Below are positions 35,484-44,714 of a stretch of DNA of 64,000 bases, piece by piece (positions within the stretch are counted from its first letter, which is position 1; each line of letters starts with the position of its first letter). The position numbers and the translations under genes are program-made. The stretch spans positions 63-64,062 of the forward strand of contig RFSE01000010.1 of assembly GCA_009924135.1 (NCBI GenBank), in the 5' to 3' direction. This DNA is from Pseudomonadota bacterium. GTDB taxonomy: Bacteria; Verrucomicrobiota; Verrucomicrobiia; Limisphaerales; SXTU01. Under the pieces are notes generated by a model that had not been told where the DNA came from, searched no databases, and saw only the letters and a program-made list of their open reading frames with translations.

Positions 35484-38400
35484 ATGAAACCCAACTGCGC
35501 TTCCTCCTCTTCCGGCTCTGCGGATCAACTTCACCCCGATTGGAAACCGCGTCGCACCGTTTTCCGCCCGGAGCTGGTCCGGTCTTCGAGTCCCGGCTCC
35601 GCCACTGTTTCTGCCCGGCCGGGCAGCCTGCTGTTCTGGTGGCGGCGGTTGGCCCCGCTGGCCGCGCTGATCGCGCTGCTGCTGCCGGGCGTTCTACAGG
35701 GCGCGAGCGTAACCGTCTCGGATGCCGTCGTTAACCTCGCGAGCAGCGCAGGCGGTGCCAAAAACTACACGTTCACGGATGCCACTTCCGGACAGAGTGT
35801 CACCGTGGCGCTCACACTGACGTCATTCTCTTCGGACCCGGCGGCCGTGCTCTCGTTGCTGGATGGAAACTCCCGGGTAGGCGTCGGAAACCCCAACGTC
35901 GGCGGTGACGGCAATCTCATCGTGTATGGCGAGGGCGTGAACTTCGCCGCTTCGCTGGTGAGCGCCTCTGCTGGAGTGAACGCCGGATCGGTCACCTTCC
36001 GCGTGCAGGGCTTGGGGCTGCGGGCCGTGAGCGGCACGGCACCCCTTTACTGGCAGTCCTCGGCCACGGCCTCGAACGCCTTCACGCTCACGGGCGAGAC
36101 CGTGAACACGCTCGATGCCGCCGGGGCTTCGCTGAACGGCAGCAGCTATGCCGGCCAGCTTGGGTTTTCCGTCAACGACGGTTCCGACGCGCAACTGAGC
36201 GATGCCGGGACGATTGCCGGGCTGGGGCTGGTGTTGAATGTAAGTTTCACGACGAACGGCGTGGTCACGGCCCCGCTCATCACCTCGTGGTTCACCGCTT
36301 ATTCGGGCAAATACGCCCGCATCTACACCAGTGACACGACGAAAAACGCCGGCACGGCGGCCACGGTCTGGACCAACGGCACCACCAGCCAGGCGCTGCC
36401 GGTCTATTCCGGCGTGCAGGAAATCTCCTCCTCGATCAACTGGGTCTATATCCGCAGCTCGGGACTGGGCTCGCACACGATGGGCCCTTGGTATCTGGAT
36501 GCGCAACATCAGCAGCTCTTTCCCAACTTTCCGACCAACCAGAAGGTCTATTACCGGCTGCCCCGCACGCCGAGCGTGCCCGGCACCAAGACTGCCAATA
36601 ACGGCGGGGCCATCGGTTACTTTGTGGATGGCGTGGCGATGTTCAACAGTTGGGACGCCTACTATTGGAACGGCTCGGCCGAAGTGCAGTCCATGGGTAA
36701 TGGGACTGGTTATTGGAACCGTGACGCTTACGTGAACGAAGGCCAGTCCTTCGACGGGAACAACGCTCATCAGGCCGGCGGCCAGCATCACTATCATGCG
36801 AACCCGCCGGCGTTGCGCTTCCTGCTGGGCGATCACGTGGATTTTAATTCCACGACCAAGGTTTACTCGGAATCCACGGCGGCTCCCACGAAGCACTCGC
36901 CCATTCTTGGCTGGGTGGCCGATGGCTATCCGATCTACGGACCTTACGGCTATGCGAACGCCGCCGATGCCAACAGTGGCGTGCGCCGGATGATCTCGGG
37001 TTATGTGCTGCGCAACGGACAGAGCAATACCGTGAATCTGGCATCCACCGGGCGCACGACATTGCCGCAGTGGGCGGTGCGCCTCTACCAAGTCACGGCG
37101 TCTCAGGCCGGTCCCACGGTGAGTCCCCAGTATCCGCTGGGCCGTTACATGGAGGACAACGACCACCTTGGCGATCTTGGTTACACGGCGGGCGTGGATT
37201 ACGACCTCGACGAATACAACGGCCGGTTCTGCGTGACCCCGGAGTTTCCCGGCGGGACATACGCTTACTTCGTTGCAATCAAGTCCGATGGTACGCCCGC
37301 GTTTCCCTACAACATTGGCCGCGGCTATTACGGCAGTCCGACTGGCGGCGCGGTGACGACGTTGAACGAAACCGTCACGACCAATTTCGTCGGGGGCACG
37401 AACATGCCCATACAGCTCGGCGCTCCCGCGAAATCTCCCTCGACCGTCACGCTCATGTGGAGTGCGGTGGACGGTGGAAACTACGATGTCGAATCGCGCA
37501 ACACTTTGGGCACGGGTGCCTGGCAGACCAAGGTGTCCGGCGTGTCCGTCACGGGGATCGTCGCGCAGGCGGCGGACACGTCGGCCGGCAGCGCTGAATA
37601 CTACCGTATCAAGCTCGCCTCGATAGCTGCTTACGACCCCGTCACGGGCACCGTCGCCGGTGGTGGTGGTGGCGGCGGCGGTGGCGGTGGCCAGCCCACC
37701 CCGCCGAGCGTGGGCACTGTGACGCCCAACACGGGTACGGCGAGCGCGTCCGTGACCGTGACGATAAACCTGAATGGCGGGACTAACCTGCCGCCCGCCA
37801 ACGCCACGCCGACCTCGGTCACGCTTGGTACCGCCACCGGCACGGCGGTTTCCTACGATGGCTCAGCCGTGACGGCGACGTTCACGCTGCCGGTGACGAC
37901 CGGTTTGCAGAACATCGTGATTACATTCCCGGCTCCGCCAGCAGGCGGGAACGCGCTGGTCGTCACGGGCACGAATGTCTTTACGGTCAACGTCGCTGGT
38001 GGTGGCGGTGGCCAGCCAACGCCGCCGAGCGTGGGCACCGTGACACCCAACTCAGGCACGGCGAGTGCCTCAGTGACGGTGACGGTGAGCCTGCTAGGCG
38101 GGACCAACCTCCCGCCCGCCAATGCTACACCGACTTCGGTTACGCTTGGGTCTGCCACCGGTACGGCGGTTTCCTACGATGGTTCGGCAGTAACGGCGAC
38201 GTTCACTCTGCCGGTGACGACCGGTTTGCAGAACATCGTGATCTCCTTCCCAGCTCCGCCCGCAGGCGGGAACGCGCTGGTCATTACTGGCACGAATGTC
38301 TTCACGGTTAACGCTGCTGGTGGCGGGGGAACCTCCACCACCACGGCTCCCAATGGCTCGGCTACGCGGGGCACGACGGTGACCGTCACCATCACATTGC

Positions 38401-38645
38401 CCACGAACCCGCCGTTGCCGCCGCTGCTGGGCCAGAACAACCAGACGTTGCTGCCGCAGACCGTGACGCTCGCGGGCATCACCGGCACGAATGTTTCGCG
38501 CCCCGCCCAGGGCACTGTTATTGCGACGTTTGTGATTCCAGCCAATGCCCCCACCGGCGCGCAGAATGTCGTCGTGACCTTTCCCCCGCCTCAGGGAATG
38601 CAGGCGGCCACCTACACCCTGACGGGCGGCGTCACGTTGCACTAG
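35484..38645 (+). CDS. Large secreted YHYH-domain protein with FN3-like module and three IPT/Ig-like C-terminal repeats
   Basis: Signal helix RRLAPLAALIALLLPGVLQGAS. YHYH-domain blocks GGQHHYHANP, GWVADGYPIYGPYGY, LDEYNGRFCVTPEFPGGTYAYFV...FPYNIGRGYYG. Module TLMWSAVDGGNYDVESRNTLGTGAWQ...EYYRIKL. Poly-Gly, then 107-aa repeats. Confidence 0.85.
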   Translation: MKPNCASSSSGSADQLHPDWKPRRTVFRPELVRSSSPGSATVSARPGSLLFWWRRLAPLAALIALLLPGVLQGASVTVSDAVVNLASSAGGAKNYTFTDATSGQSVTVALTLTSFSSDPAAVLSLLDGNSRVGVGNPNVGGDGNLIVYGEGVNFAASLVSASAGVNAGSVTFRVQGLGLRAVSGTAPLYWQSSATASNAFTLTGETVNTLDAAGASLNGSSYAGQLGFSVNDGSDAQLSDAGTIAGLGLVLNVSFTTNGVVTAPLITSWFTAYSGKYARIYTSDTTKNAGTAATVWTNGTTSQALPVYSGVQEISSSINWVYIRSSGLGSHTMGPWYLDAQHQQLFPNFPTNQKVYYRLPRTPSVPGTKTANNGGAIGYFVDGVAMFNSWDAYYWNGSAEVQSMGNGTGYWNRDAYVNEGQSFDGNNAHQAGGQHHYHANPPALRFLLGDHVDFNSTTKVYSESTAAPTKHSPILGWVADGYPIYGPYGYANAADANSGVRRMISGYVLRNGQSNTVNLASTGRTTLPQWAVRLYQVTASQAGPTVSPQYPLGRYMEDNDHLGDLGYTAGVDYDLDEYNGRFCVTPEFPGGTYAYFVAIKSDGTPAFPYNIGRGYYGSPTGGAVTTLNETVTTNFVGGTNMPIQLGAPAKSPSTVTLMWSAVDGGNYDVESRNTLGTGAWQTKVSGVSVTGIVAQAADTSAGSAEYYRIKLASIAAYDPVTGTVAGGGGGGGGGGGQPTPPSVGTVTPNTGTASASVTVTINLNGGTNLPPANATPTSVTLGTATGTAVSYDGSAVTATFTLPVTTGLQNIVITFPAPPAGGNALVVTGTNVFTVNVAGGGGGQPTPPSVGTVTPNSGTASASVTVTVSLLGGTNLPPANATPTSVTLGSATGTAVSYDGSAVTATFTLPVTTGLQNIVISFPAPPAGGNALVITGTNVFTVNAAGGGGTSTTTAPNGSATRGTTVTVTITLPTNPPLPPLLGQNNQTLLPQTVTLAGITGTNVSRPAQGTVIATFVIPANAPTGAQNVVVTFPPPQGMQAATYTLTGGVTLH
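37659..37691 (+). repeat. (GGN)11 simple-sequence tract encoding poly-glycine
   Basis: ggt ggt ggt ggt ggc ggc ggc ggt ggc ggt ggc, in frame within the YHYH protein. Confidence 0.9.
37689..38330 (+). repeat. Tandem 321-bp (107-aa) direct repeat x2 inside the YHYH gene
   Basis: Units start GGCCAGCC(C/A)AC(C/G)CCGCCGAGCGTGGGCAC at 37689 and 38010. They encode GQPTPPSVGTVTPN(T/S)GTASASVTVT...NVFTVN, nearly identical. A third diverged unit follows. Confidence 0.85.
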
Positions 38646-38666
38646 TTCGCCCCAAGTCGATTCGCC

Positions 38667-38861
38667 ATGAAAGCCCCGGCCCTCACCACTGATCAGCGCA
38701 TCGCCCGCGTCTGGGCGCTGTTCACCGTGCTCGCCTTGTTGCTCTGGCTGAGGAATCAGGTGCGTGGTGCGGAGTCCGAAGTGACGGTGGCGATCGAACC
38801 GCGCTTCCGGGGCGAGCCGCTGGTGTTTGACCAGTTGACCTGCACCAACGCGGCCCGGTAG
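38667..38861 (+). pseudogene. 5' fragment (signal peptide + first strands of an MbnP-like domain), ended by an in-frame TAG
   Basis: MKAPALTTDQRIARVWALFTVLALLLWL... then VTVAIEPRFRGEPLVFDQLTCTNAAR*. TAG at 38859-38861 is in the same frame as, and directly abuts, the 38862 ORF. Confidence 0.6.
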
Positions 38862-40532
38862 GTGCTCGCCATCACGCGGCTCGACCTGTTGCTCTCGGGC
38901 CTGGCCGTGCGGCGTACGGACGGCACCTGGTTGGAGAAGAATGACTGGTTTGCCTATCTCAGCGGTCGCGCGGGCCGCACGAACTTCGTGCTGCGTGGCC
39001 TGCCACCGGGTGATTACGACCGGCTGCAGTTCAACATCGGCGTGCCGCCGGATCTGAACCATGCGGCCCCTGCGAAGTTGGAAGAGCGGCATCCGCTGAA
39101 CCCGATGGTGAACGGCATGCACTGGAACTGGCAGGGCGGGTATGTGTTCCTCGCGCTGGAAGGAAGGTTCACTCCGCTCGCGTCGGCAACGGCTGGTTCG
39201 CAAAATCAGTCGGCCAGCGGCTTCTCGTGGCATCTTGCCACGGACCGGCTCTTGATGAATGTGGAGGTGCCCGTGACGCTGGCCTTGTCCGGCGAACGGG
39301 CGGCTGACCGGCGGACCACGCTGCGGGTCGCGCTGGAGCTGGCGCAGGTGTTTGACGGCATAATACTGGATGACGAAACCAGTTCCACCCATTCACGACC
39401 GGAGGACCGGTTGGCGGACAAGTTGCGACAGCGGGTGGAACAGGCGTTTTTACCGGGGCAGCGCGCAGACACGGCCGGCCCGGTGGAAAAGCTGGTGACA
39501 CCGTTAACGGCTCAATCCGGCCCAGTTGTCGGTACGCCTTATCGCTTCACCATGTCCGCCGCCTTTCCCAAGCCCGCGCTGCCGCGTGACAATCCACTCA
39601 CGATGGAAGGCGTCGCACTGGGCCGCCGCCTGTTCAACGACCCGTTGCTCTCACGCGGCGGGAAGCAGTCCTGTGCGTCGTGTCATCAGATGCAGGCCGG
39701 CACGGTGGACGCGGGCAAGGCCTTCAGCGTTGGCGTGGACGGCCAGCCCGGCAAACGCAATGCCATGCCGCTCTACAACCTCGCGTGGAAGTCCGAGTTC
39801 TTCTGGGATGGGCGCGCCAAATCACTGCGGCAGCAGGCGCTCATGCCCATTCAGGATGAATTGGAGATGCATGAAACGCTGGCGAACGTGGTCGGGAAAC
39901 TGAAAGCGGCGGGCGGGGCGGAGAGTTACCACGAGGTGTTTGCGTGGGCGTTTGGTTCGTCTGACATTACCGCTGAACGGGTGGGACTGGCCTTGGAGCA
40001 GTTTCTGCTGACGCTCACTTCCCACGACGCCAAGTTCGACCGGGTAATGCGGCGGGAAGCGCTGTTCACGGCGGAGGAACAACGGGGTTTCGAGCTGTTC
40101 CACACGGAACACGATCCCCGGCGGGGGTTGTTTGGCGCGGATTGTTTTCACTGCCATGGCGGACCGCTGTTTCAGAACGTTGCGTTCGCCAACAATGGCC
40201 TGGACCACGAGCCGCGCGACCTTGGCCGTTACCTCGCCACGGGGCGCGAGGGCGACCGGGGCAAGTTCGCCGTGCCATCACTGCGCAACGTGGAGCTGAC
40301 TGCGCCTTACATGCACGACGGGCGGTTTGCCACGTTGGAAGAGGCCGTGTTCCATTACGTTCGCGGCGTGCGGCACAGCCCGACGCTGGACCCGAACCTG
40401 GCGAAGCACCCACCGGGCGGGGTACGCCTCCCGCCCGAGGATGTGCGGGCGCTGGTCGCATTCCTGCGCACCCTCACCGAAGAGTCGCTTCGCCCAGGCG
40501 CGCGGAACGTAGCGCTTGCGCCATCGCCATGA
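38862..40532 (+). CDS. MbnP-like domain fused to dihaem cytochrome c peroxidase (MbnH/MauG-like); lacks its own signal peptide
   Basis: MbnP-type blocks LAITRLDLLLSGLAVRRTDGTW, GDYDRLQFNIGVPPDLNH, HPLNPMVNGMHWNWQGGYVFLALEGRF. CCP blocks GRRLFNDPLLSRGGKQSCASCH, FFWDGRA, CFHCHGGPLF, PSLRNVELTAPYMHDGRF. Confidence 0.8.
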   Translation: MLAITRLDLLLSGLAVRRTDGTWLEKNDWFAYLSGRAGRTNFVLRGLPPGDYDRLQFNIGVPPDLNHAAPAKLEERHPLNPMVNGMHWNWQGGYVFLALEGRFTPLASATAGSQNQSASGFSWHLATDRLLMNVEVPVTLALSGERAADRRTTLRVALELAQVFDGIILDDETSSTHSRPEDRLADKLRQRVEQAFLPGQRADTAGPVEKLVTPLTAQSGPVVGTPYRFTMSAAFPKPALPRDNPLTMEGVALGRRLFNDPLLSRGGKQSCASCHQMQAGTVDAGKAFSVGVDGQPGKRNAMPLYNLAWKSEFFWDGRAKSLRQQALMPIQDELEMHETLANVVGKLKAAGGAESYHEVFAWAFGSSDITAERVGLALEQFLLTLTSHDAKFDRVMRREALFTAEEQRGFELFHTEHDPRRGLFGADCFHCHGGPLFQNVAFANNGLDHEPRDLGRYLATGREGDRGKFAVPSLRNVELTAPYMHDGRFATLEEAVFHYVRGVRHSPTLDPNLAKHPPGGVRLPPEDVRALVAFLRTLTEESLRPGARNVALAPSP

Positions 40533-40703
40533 GGCCATTTTTTCACTTTGCTCGTGTGAGCAAACGGCGGACGGATCGGTTTAATTCGTATGCACGATCC
40601 GTCCGCTGTGTCTCTTTTCGTGCCGGGGCGACGCGGTCTGGCCGGAGATTTCTTTGCTGCGTTGTTCCCGGTGGTCCGTGTTAGATTGCCCGCATTCTTC
40701 ATC

Positions 40704-41717
40704 ATGATGTTAAGCCCTTGCCCTTCACGATTTGCTCTCCCGATGGCCGGACTTGCGTTGTTCGCGGGTGTGCTGGTCGCCAGTGCCCAGCCCCGGCCGG
40801 ATGAGCCGCGTGGTCCTGGTGGTCGCAATGGCGAGAAGATGGGCAAGCAATACGCCGCCCCGGCGGGGGATGGCCAGAGTCCCGGCGCGAACCAGGTGAG
40901 CATCGTCGTCGAGGGGGGCTTTCGCGTGATCCGCGCCAACGGGCTGCCGGATCATGCGCCGGGTCAGTTTCCCAATCGCGGCAACCCGAATGTGATTGCG
41001 GCGCAGAAGTACAACTACCGCATCCCGCTTCAGCCCAAGGAAAACCCGCAGTTCACCCCGGTGCGGATGCACCCCTTTGGGGTTGCCCTCAACGGCGTCG
41101 TCTTCGATCCCGGGGCGGCGGAGTGGTGGCAGATGGACCCGCGCTCGGGCTGGACCCTCGACCCGATCAGCGGCTCGCAGAAGCTGGGCATCGACCGGCA
41201 CAATGCGCATGTGCAGCCCAGCGGGGCATATCATTACCACGCGTTGCCGACGGGGTTGATCGAGCGGCTCACGGGCGGCAAGGAAAAGATCGCCCAAGTT
41301 GGCTGGGCGGCGGATGGCTTTCCCATCTACGGGCCGTGGGGCTACAGCGAGGCCAAGAGCACGAACAGTGCGTTGAAGCGGTTGAAGTCCAGCTACCGCC
41401 TGCGCGAAGGCACGCGCGCCAGCGGACCCGGCGGGAAGTTCGATGGCAGTTACGTTGAGGATTTCCAGTATGTCAACAGAGCCGGCGATCTGGATGAGGC
41501 AAATGGGCGATTTGGTGCCACCCCGGAGTTTCCCCAGGGCACTTACTACTACGTTCTGACCGATGATTTTCCCTTCATCCCGCGTCAATACAAAGGCACG
41601 CCGGACAGCAGCTTTTTCCGACATGGCCCGCCCCCCATGCGATTCGGAGCTGGTGATGTGGGCTTCCGGGGTGGTCCGGGATCGAAAGGACCGCCGCCCG
41701 GAAAAGATGGCAGGTAA
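40704..41717 (+). CDS. Secreted YHYH-domain protein
   Basis: Signal peptide MMLSPCPSRFALPMAGLALFAGVLVASAQ. GAYHYHALP, GWAADGFPIYGPWGY, LDEANGRFGATPEFPQGTYYYVLTDDFPFIPRQYKG. Gly/Pro/Arg-rich N- and C-terminal tails. Confidence 0.85.
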   Translation: MMLSPCPSRFALPMAGLALFAGVLVASAQPRPDEPRGPGGRNGEKMGKQYAAPAGDGQSPGANQVSIVVEGGFRVIRANGLPDHAPGQFPNRGNPNVIAAQKYNYRIPLQPKENPQFTPVRMHPFGVALNGVVFDPGAAEWWQMDPRSGWTLDPISGSQKLGIDRHNAHVQPSGAYHYHALPTGLIERLTGGKEKIAQVGWAADGFPIYGPWGYSEAKSTNSALKRLKSSYRLREGTRASGPGGKFDGSYVEDFQYVNRAGDLDEANGRFGATPEFPQGTYYYVLTDDFPFIPRQYKGTPDSSFFRHGPPPMRFGAGDVGFRGGPGSKGPPPGKDGR

Positions 41718-41735
41718 GCGCATGAACCTTACAGT

Positions 41736-43409
41736 GTGCTTGTGAGTGCGACGCCCTCCGGGTCAACCCCAGAACAGCCGGATCAACCCCGCCCCGACAG
41801 CGAGGACAGCGAAACTTTACCCCGTGAGGCCGCGCATCCCAGCGGCTCCAGCGGCTCGGCCGCGATGAAGTTCCGCCCCCCGGTGCGCGATCTCTCCGGC
41901 TCCCAGCTGGGCGAATACCGGCTCGTCCGCAAGATTGCCGAAGGCGGCATGGGCGAGGTCTATGAAGGGGTCCAGCTCAAGCTCGACCGGCGGGTCGCCG
42001 TAAAGCTCCTGGCCGAGCAGCTCGCGCGCGAACCTGAGTTCCTCGCCCGGTTTGAGCGCGAGGCCAAGTCCGCTGCGGCGCTCAATCACCCGAATGTGTT
42101 GCAGGTCTATGACTTCGGCTGCGCGAACGGGCAGAATTATTTCGTGATGGAACTGGTGGACGGGCTGGATCTCTCCCTGTACGTCAAGGAACATGGCAAG
42201 CTGGCCGTTCCGGTGGCGCTGGAATATTTCGAGCAGGCGGTTCACGCCCTCCAGTTCGCGGCCCGGCACGCCATCATCCACCGCGACGTGAAGCCCGCCA
42301 ACTTGATGCTCACGGGCGACGGCCGGGTGAAGGTCGCCGACCTCGGTCTCGCCAAAAAATTGACCGACGATTCCGATGTGACCATGACCGGTGTGGGCAT
42401 GGGATCGCCGCATTTTCTCGCGCCCGAGCAGGCGGACGACGCCGCGCATGTGGATCATCGCGCGGACATCTATTCGCTCGGGGTCACGCTGCTGTTTTTG
42501 CTCACGGGCCGGCGGCCGTTTGACGGGGCTTCGAATTTCTCCGTTGTCCTGGCCCACGCGAACAAACCGCTGCCCACGGGCATTGAACTGGGCACGCCGT
42601 TGCCCGATGAAATCGAGCGTTTCATCAAGCGCATGACGGCCAAGACGCCCGAGGCCCGGTACCAAAGCTACGAGGAACTGCTCGCCGACTTGCAGCGCGT
42701 GAAGGCGGGGCAGGGCCCCCGGCAGGACTGGGGGCAGGTCCTGAAGAATTCAAAGACGGTATGGATCACCGGCGCGGGTATTATGGCTTTGGTTGCGCTT
42801 GTGTTCGCCGCCCCGTGGATAGGGTCCGACCGGAAACCAACCGCCAGCGAATCCGAGCGACAAACGATCCAGCCCTCGCCGCCGGGTGATCGTCCGGAAC
42901 GTGCTGAGCCCCGCCCGCCATCCCAAGGTGATCGGCCGGGCTTCGGGGACCCGAGGGAAAAGGGCAAGGGCGGGGCGGGTAAGATGGATTTGGGCGGTGG
43001 TTTGCGTCCCCCCTGGCCACGGCGGCCACCTCCCGATCGGTATCCGCTGCGCGATGGTCCAATTCCGCAGATGCTCGCCGAGGCGGACGCCTATGCTGCC
43101 GCCAACAAGGAGGAGTATGTGGAAATTATCCACCGTTACGGACAGATCGAAGAAAAAGCTACCGGCACCCCGTGGCAAAAGGAGGTCGAGCGCCGTTTTG
43201 ACCAGGCTCAGGACCGGTTGCAGGCGGCCTCCAGTGCCTATATTAAACAAACGGAAGCCAAGATGGAACCATTGTTGCAAGCCGGCAAATATGAAGAGGC
43301 CTACCAGCTCTGGCGGGATTTTCCCTTGCGCATCCAAACTCATGAAACCGATCAGGAGGTTTTGCAACTGCTGCGCCGCCGTCTGCCGCCGGACTTTGTG
43401 CCCCGATGA
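41736..43409 (+). CDS. Hanks-type Ser/Thr protein kinase with one TM helix and an extracytoplasmic Pro/Gly/Arg-rich + helical domain
   Basis: G-loop EGGMGEVYEG, VAVKLL, HRDVKPANLML, DLGLAK, SPHFLAPEQ. TM helix VWITGAGIMALVALVFAAPWI. GTG 41736 or ATG 41865 as start. Confidence 0.9.
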   Translation: MLVSATPSGSTPEQPDQPRPDSEDSETLPREAAHPSGSSGSAAMKFRPPVRDLSGSQLGEYRLVRKIAEGGMGEVYEGVQLKLDRRVAVKLLAEQLAREPEFLARFEREAKSAAALNHPNVLQVYDFGCANGQNYFVMELVDGLDLSLYVKEHGKLAVPVALEYFEQAVHALQFAARHAIIHRDVKPANLMLTGDGRVKVADLGLAKKLTDDSDVTMTGVGMGSPHFLAPEQADDAAHVDHRADIYSLGVTLLFLLTGRRPFDGASNFSVVLAHANKPLPTGIELGTPLPDEIERFIKRMTAKTPEARYQSYEELLADLQRVKAGQGPRQDWGQVLKNSKTVWITGAGIMALVALVFAAPWIGSDRKPTASESERQTIQPSPPGDRPERAEPRPPSQGDRPGFGDPREKGKGGAGKMDLGGGLRPPWPRRPPPDRYPLRDGPIPQMLAEADAYAAANKEEYVEIIHRYGQIEEKATGTPWQKEVERRFDQAQDRLQAASSAYIKQTEAKMEPLLQAGKYEEAYQLWRDFPLRIQTHETDQEVLQLLRRRLPPDFVPR

Positions 43410-44689
43410 AACTTAAGTTCCTCCTCACCACCGCCCTGTATCTGAGTGGCTGGCTTTCCCTTTCCGCTGCGGAGCTGGACTGGTCACGCTTCCGTGGCGC
43501 GAATGGTTCCGGCATTGCGGTGGGCGCGCAGCCGCCCACGACGTGGAGCGACACGCAGAATCTGAAATGGAAGACCGAGTTGCCAGGAGCGGGCACCTCC
43601 AGCCCCATCGTGGTCGGCGAGCGCGTGTTTCTGACGTGCTGGACCGGTACTGGCGCGGTGACGCGTCAGCTCGTGTGCGTCAGCCGGGCTTCCGGGAAGA
43701 TTCTCTGGGCCAAGTCCGTGGCGGGCGAAGCCTCTCCCGACCGTTATGACGGCTTCCTGCAGGAGCACGGCTACGCGAGCCACACGCCGGTCAGCGACGG
43801 TGAAAAAGTTTTCGTTTATTTCGGTCGCGGTGGTGCGGCAGCTTTCGATCTGGAGGGCAATCAACTGTGGCAGGTGAAGTTGGGGAATGATGCGAACGGC
43901 AAAAACTGGGGTTCCGCCGCCAGTCCCATACTCTACAAGAACACCGTCATCATCACTGCGTCTGAAGAGGCCCATGCCGTGGTCGCGCTCGACAAGGCCA
44001 CGGGCAAGGAGGTCTGGAAGTCTCCCGGTTCGGCACTGGAATACGTCTTCAACACACCGGTGCTGGCTGGCAGCGACACACAACCAGAACTGGTGCTGGT
44101 GCTGCCCGATGAGCTGTGGGCGCTAAATCCCGACAACGGCAAGCTGCGTTGGTATGCCGCGACCGGCCTGCCGGGAAACATTGCTCCGAGCGCCGTCGTG
44201 GGGGATGGCGTTGTGTATGCGTTTGGCGGTTTCCCGCAGCTCGGCGCGGTCGCGTATCGCACCGGAGGCAAAGGCGATGTCGGTCAGACGCATCAACTCT
44301 GGATCACCCGCAACAGCACCTACGTTCCTACGCCAGTGCTGCACGAGGGCCGCCTCTACGTCGTGACCGATCAGGGTTTCGCGCTCTGCCTGGATGCGAA
44401 GACGGGCGAGGAAGTTTACAAGGAGCGGCTTCCCGGAGCGAGCGCCACGGGGCGCGGTGGCAAGCCCTTTTACGCCTCGGCAATATTGGCGGATGGAAAC
44501 TGCTACGCGGTCAGTCGGCGCAATGGCACGTTTGTCATCGCAGCGAAACCGCAGTTCCAGCTCGTCGCGCAAAACACGTTTGCCAGCGACACTACGCAGT
44601 TCAACGCCACTCCGGCGGTGAGCGGCAAACAGCTTTTCCTCCGCTCCGACAAGTATCTCTATTGCGTCGAGGCTGGAGCAAAACCTTGA
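43406..44689 (+). CDS. PQQ-like (BamB-like) beta-propeller repeat protein, secreted
   Basis: Signal peptide MKLKFLLTTALYLSGWLSLSAAE. Blade repeats (..SGKILWAK.., ..GNQLWQV.., ..TGKEVWKS.., ..GKLRWYA.., ..TGEEVYKE..). ATGA overlap with the kinase stop. Confidence 0.85.
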   Translation: MKLKFLLTTALYLSGWLSLSAAELDWSRFRGANGSGIAVGAQPPTTWSDTQNLKWKTELPGAGTSSPIVVGERVFLTCWTGTGAVTRQLVCVSRASGKILWAKSVAGEASPDRYDGFLQEHGYASHTPVSDGEKVFVYFGRGGAAAFDLEGNQLWQVKLGNDANGKNWGSAASPILYKNTVIITASEEAHAVVALDKATGKEVWKSPGSALEYVFNTPVLAGSDTQPELVLVLPDELWALNPDNGKLRWYAATGLPGNIAPSAVVGDGVVYAFGGFPQLGAVAYRTGGKGDVGQTHQLWITRNSTYVPTPVLHEGRLYVVTDQGFALCLDAKTGEEVYKERLPGASATGRGGKPFYASAILADGNCYAVSRRNGTFVIAAKPQFQLVAQNTFASDTTQFNATPAVSGKQLFLRSDKYLYCVEAGAKP

Positions 44690-44714
44690 TCCCAAACATC
44701 AACCCTCAGTGTCT

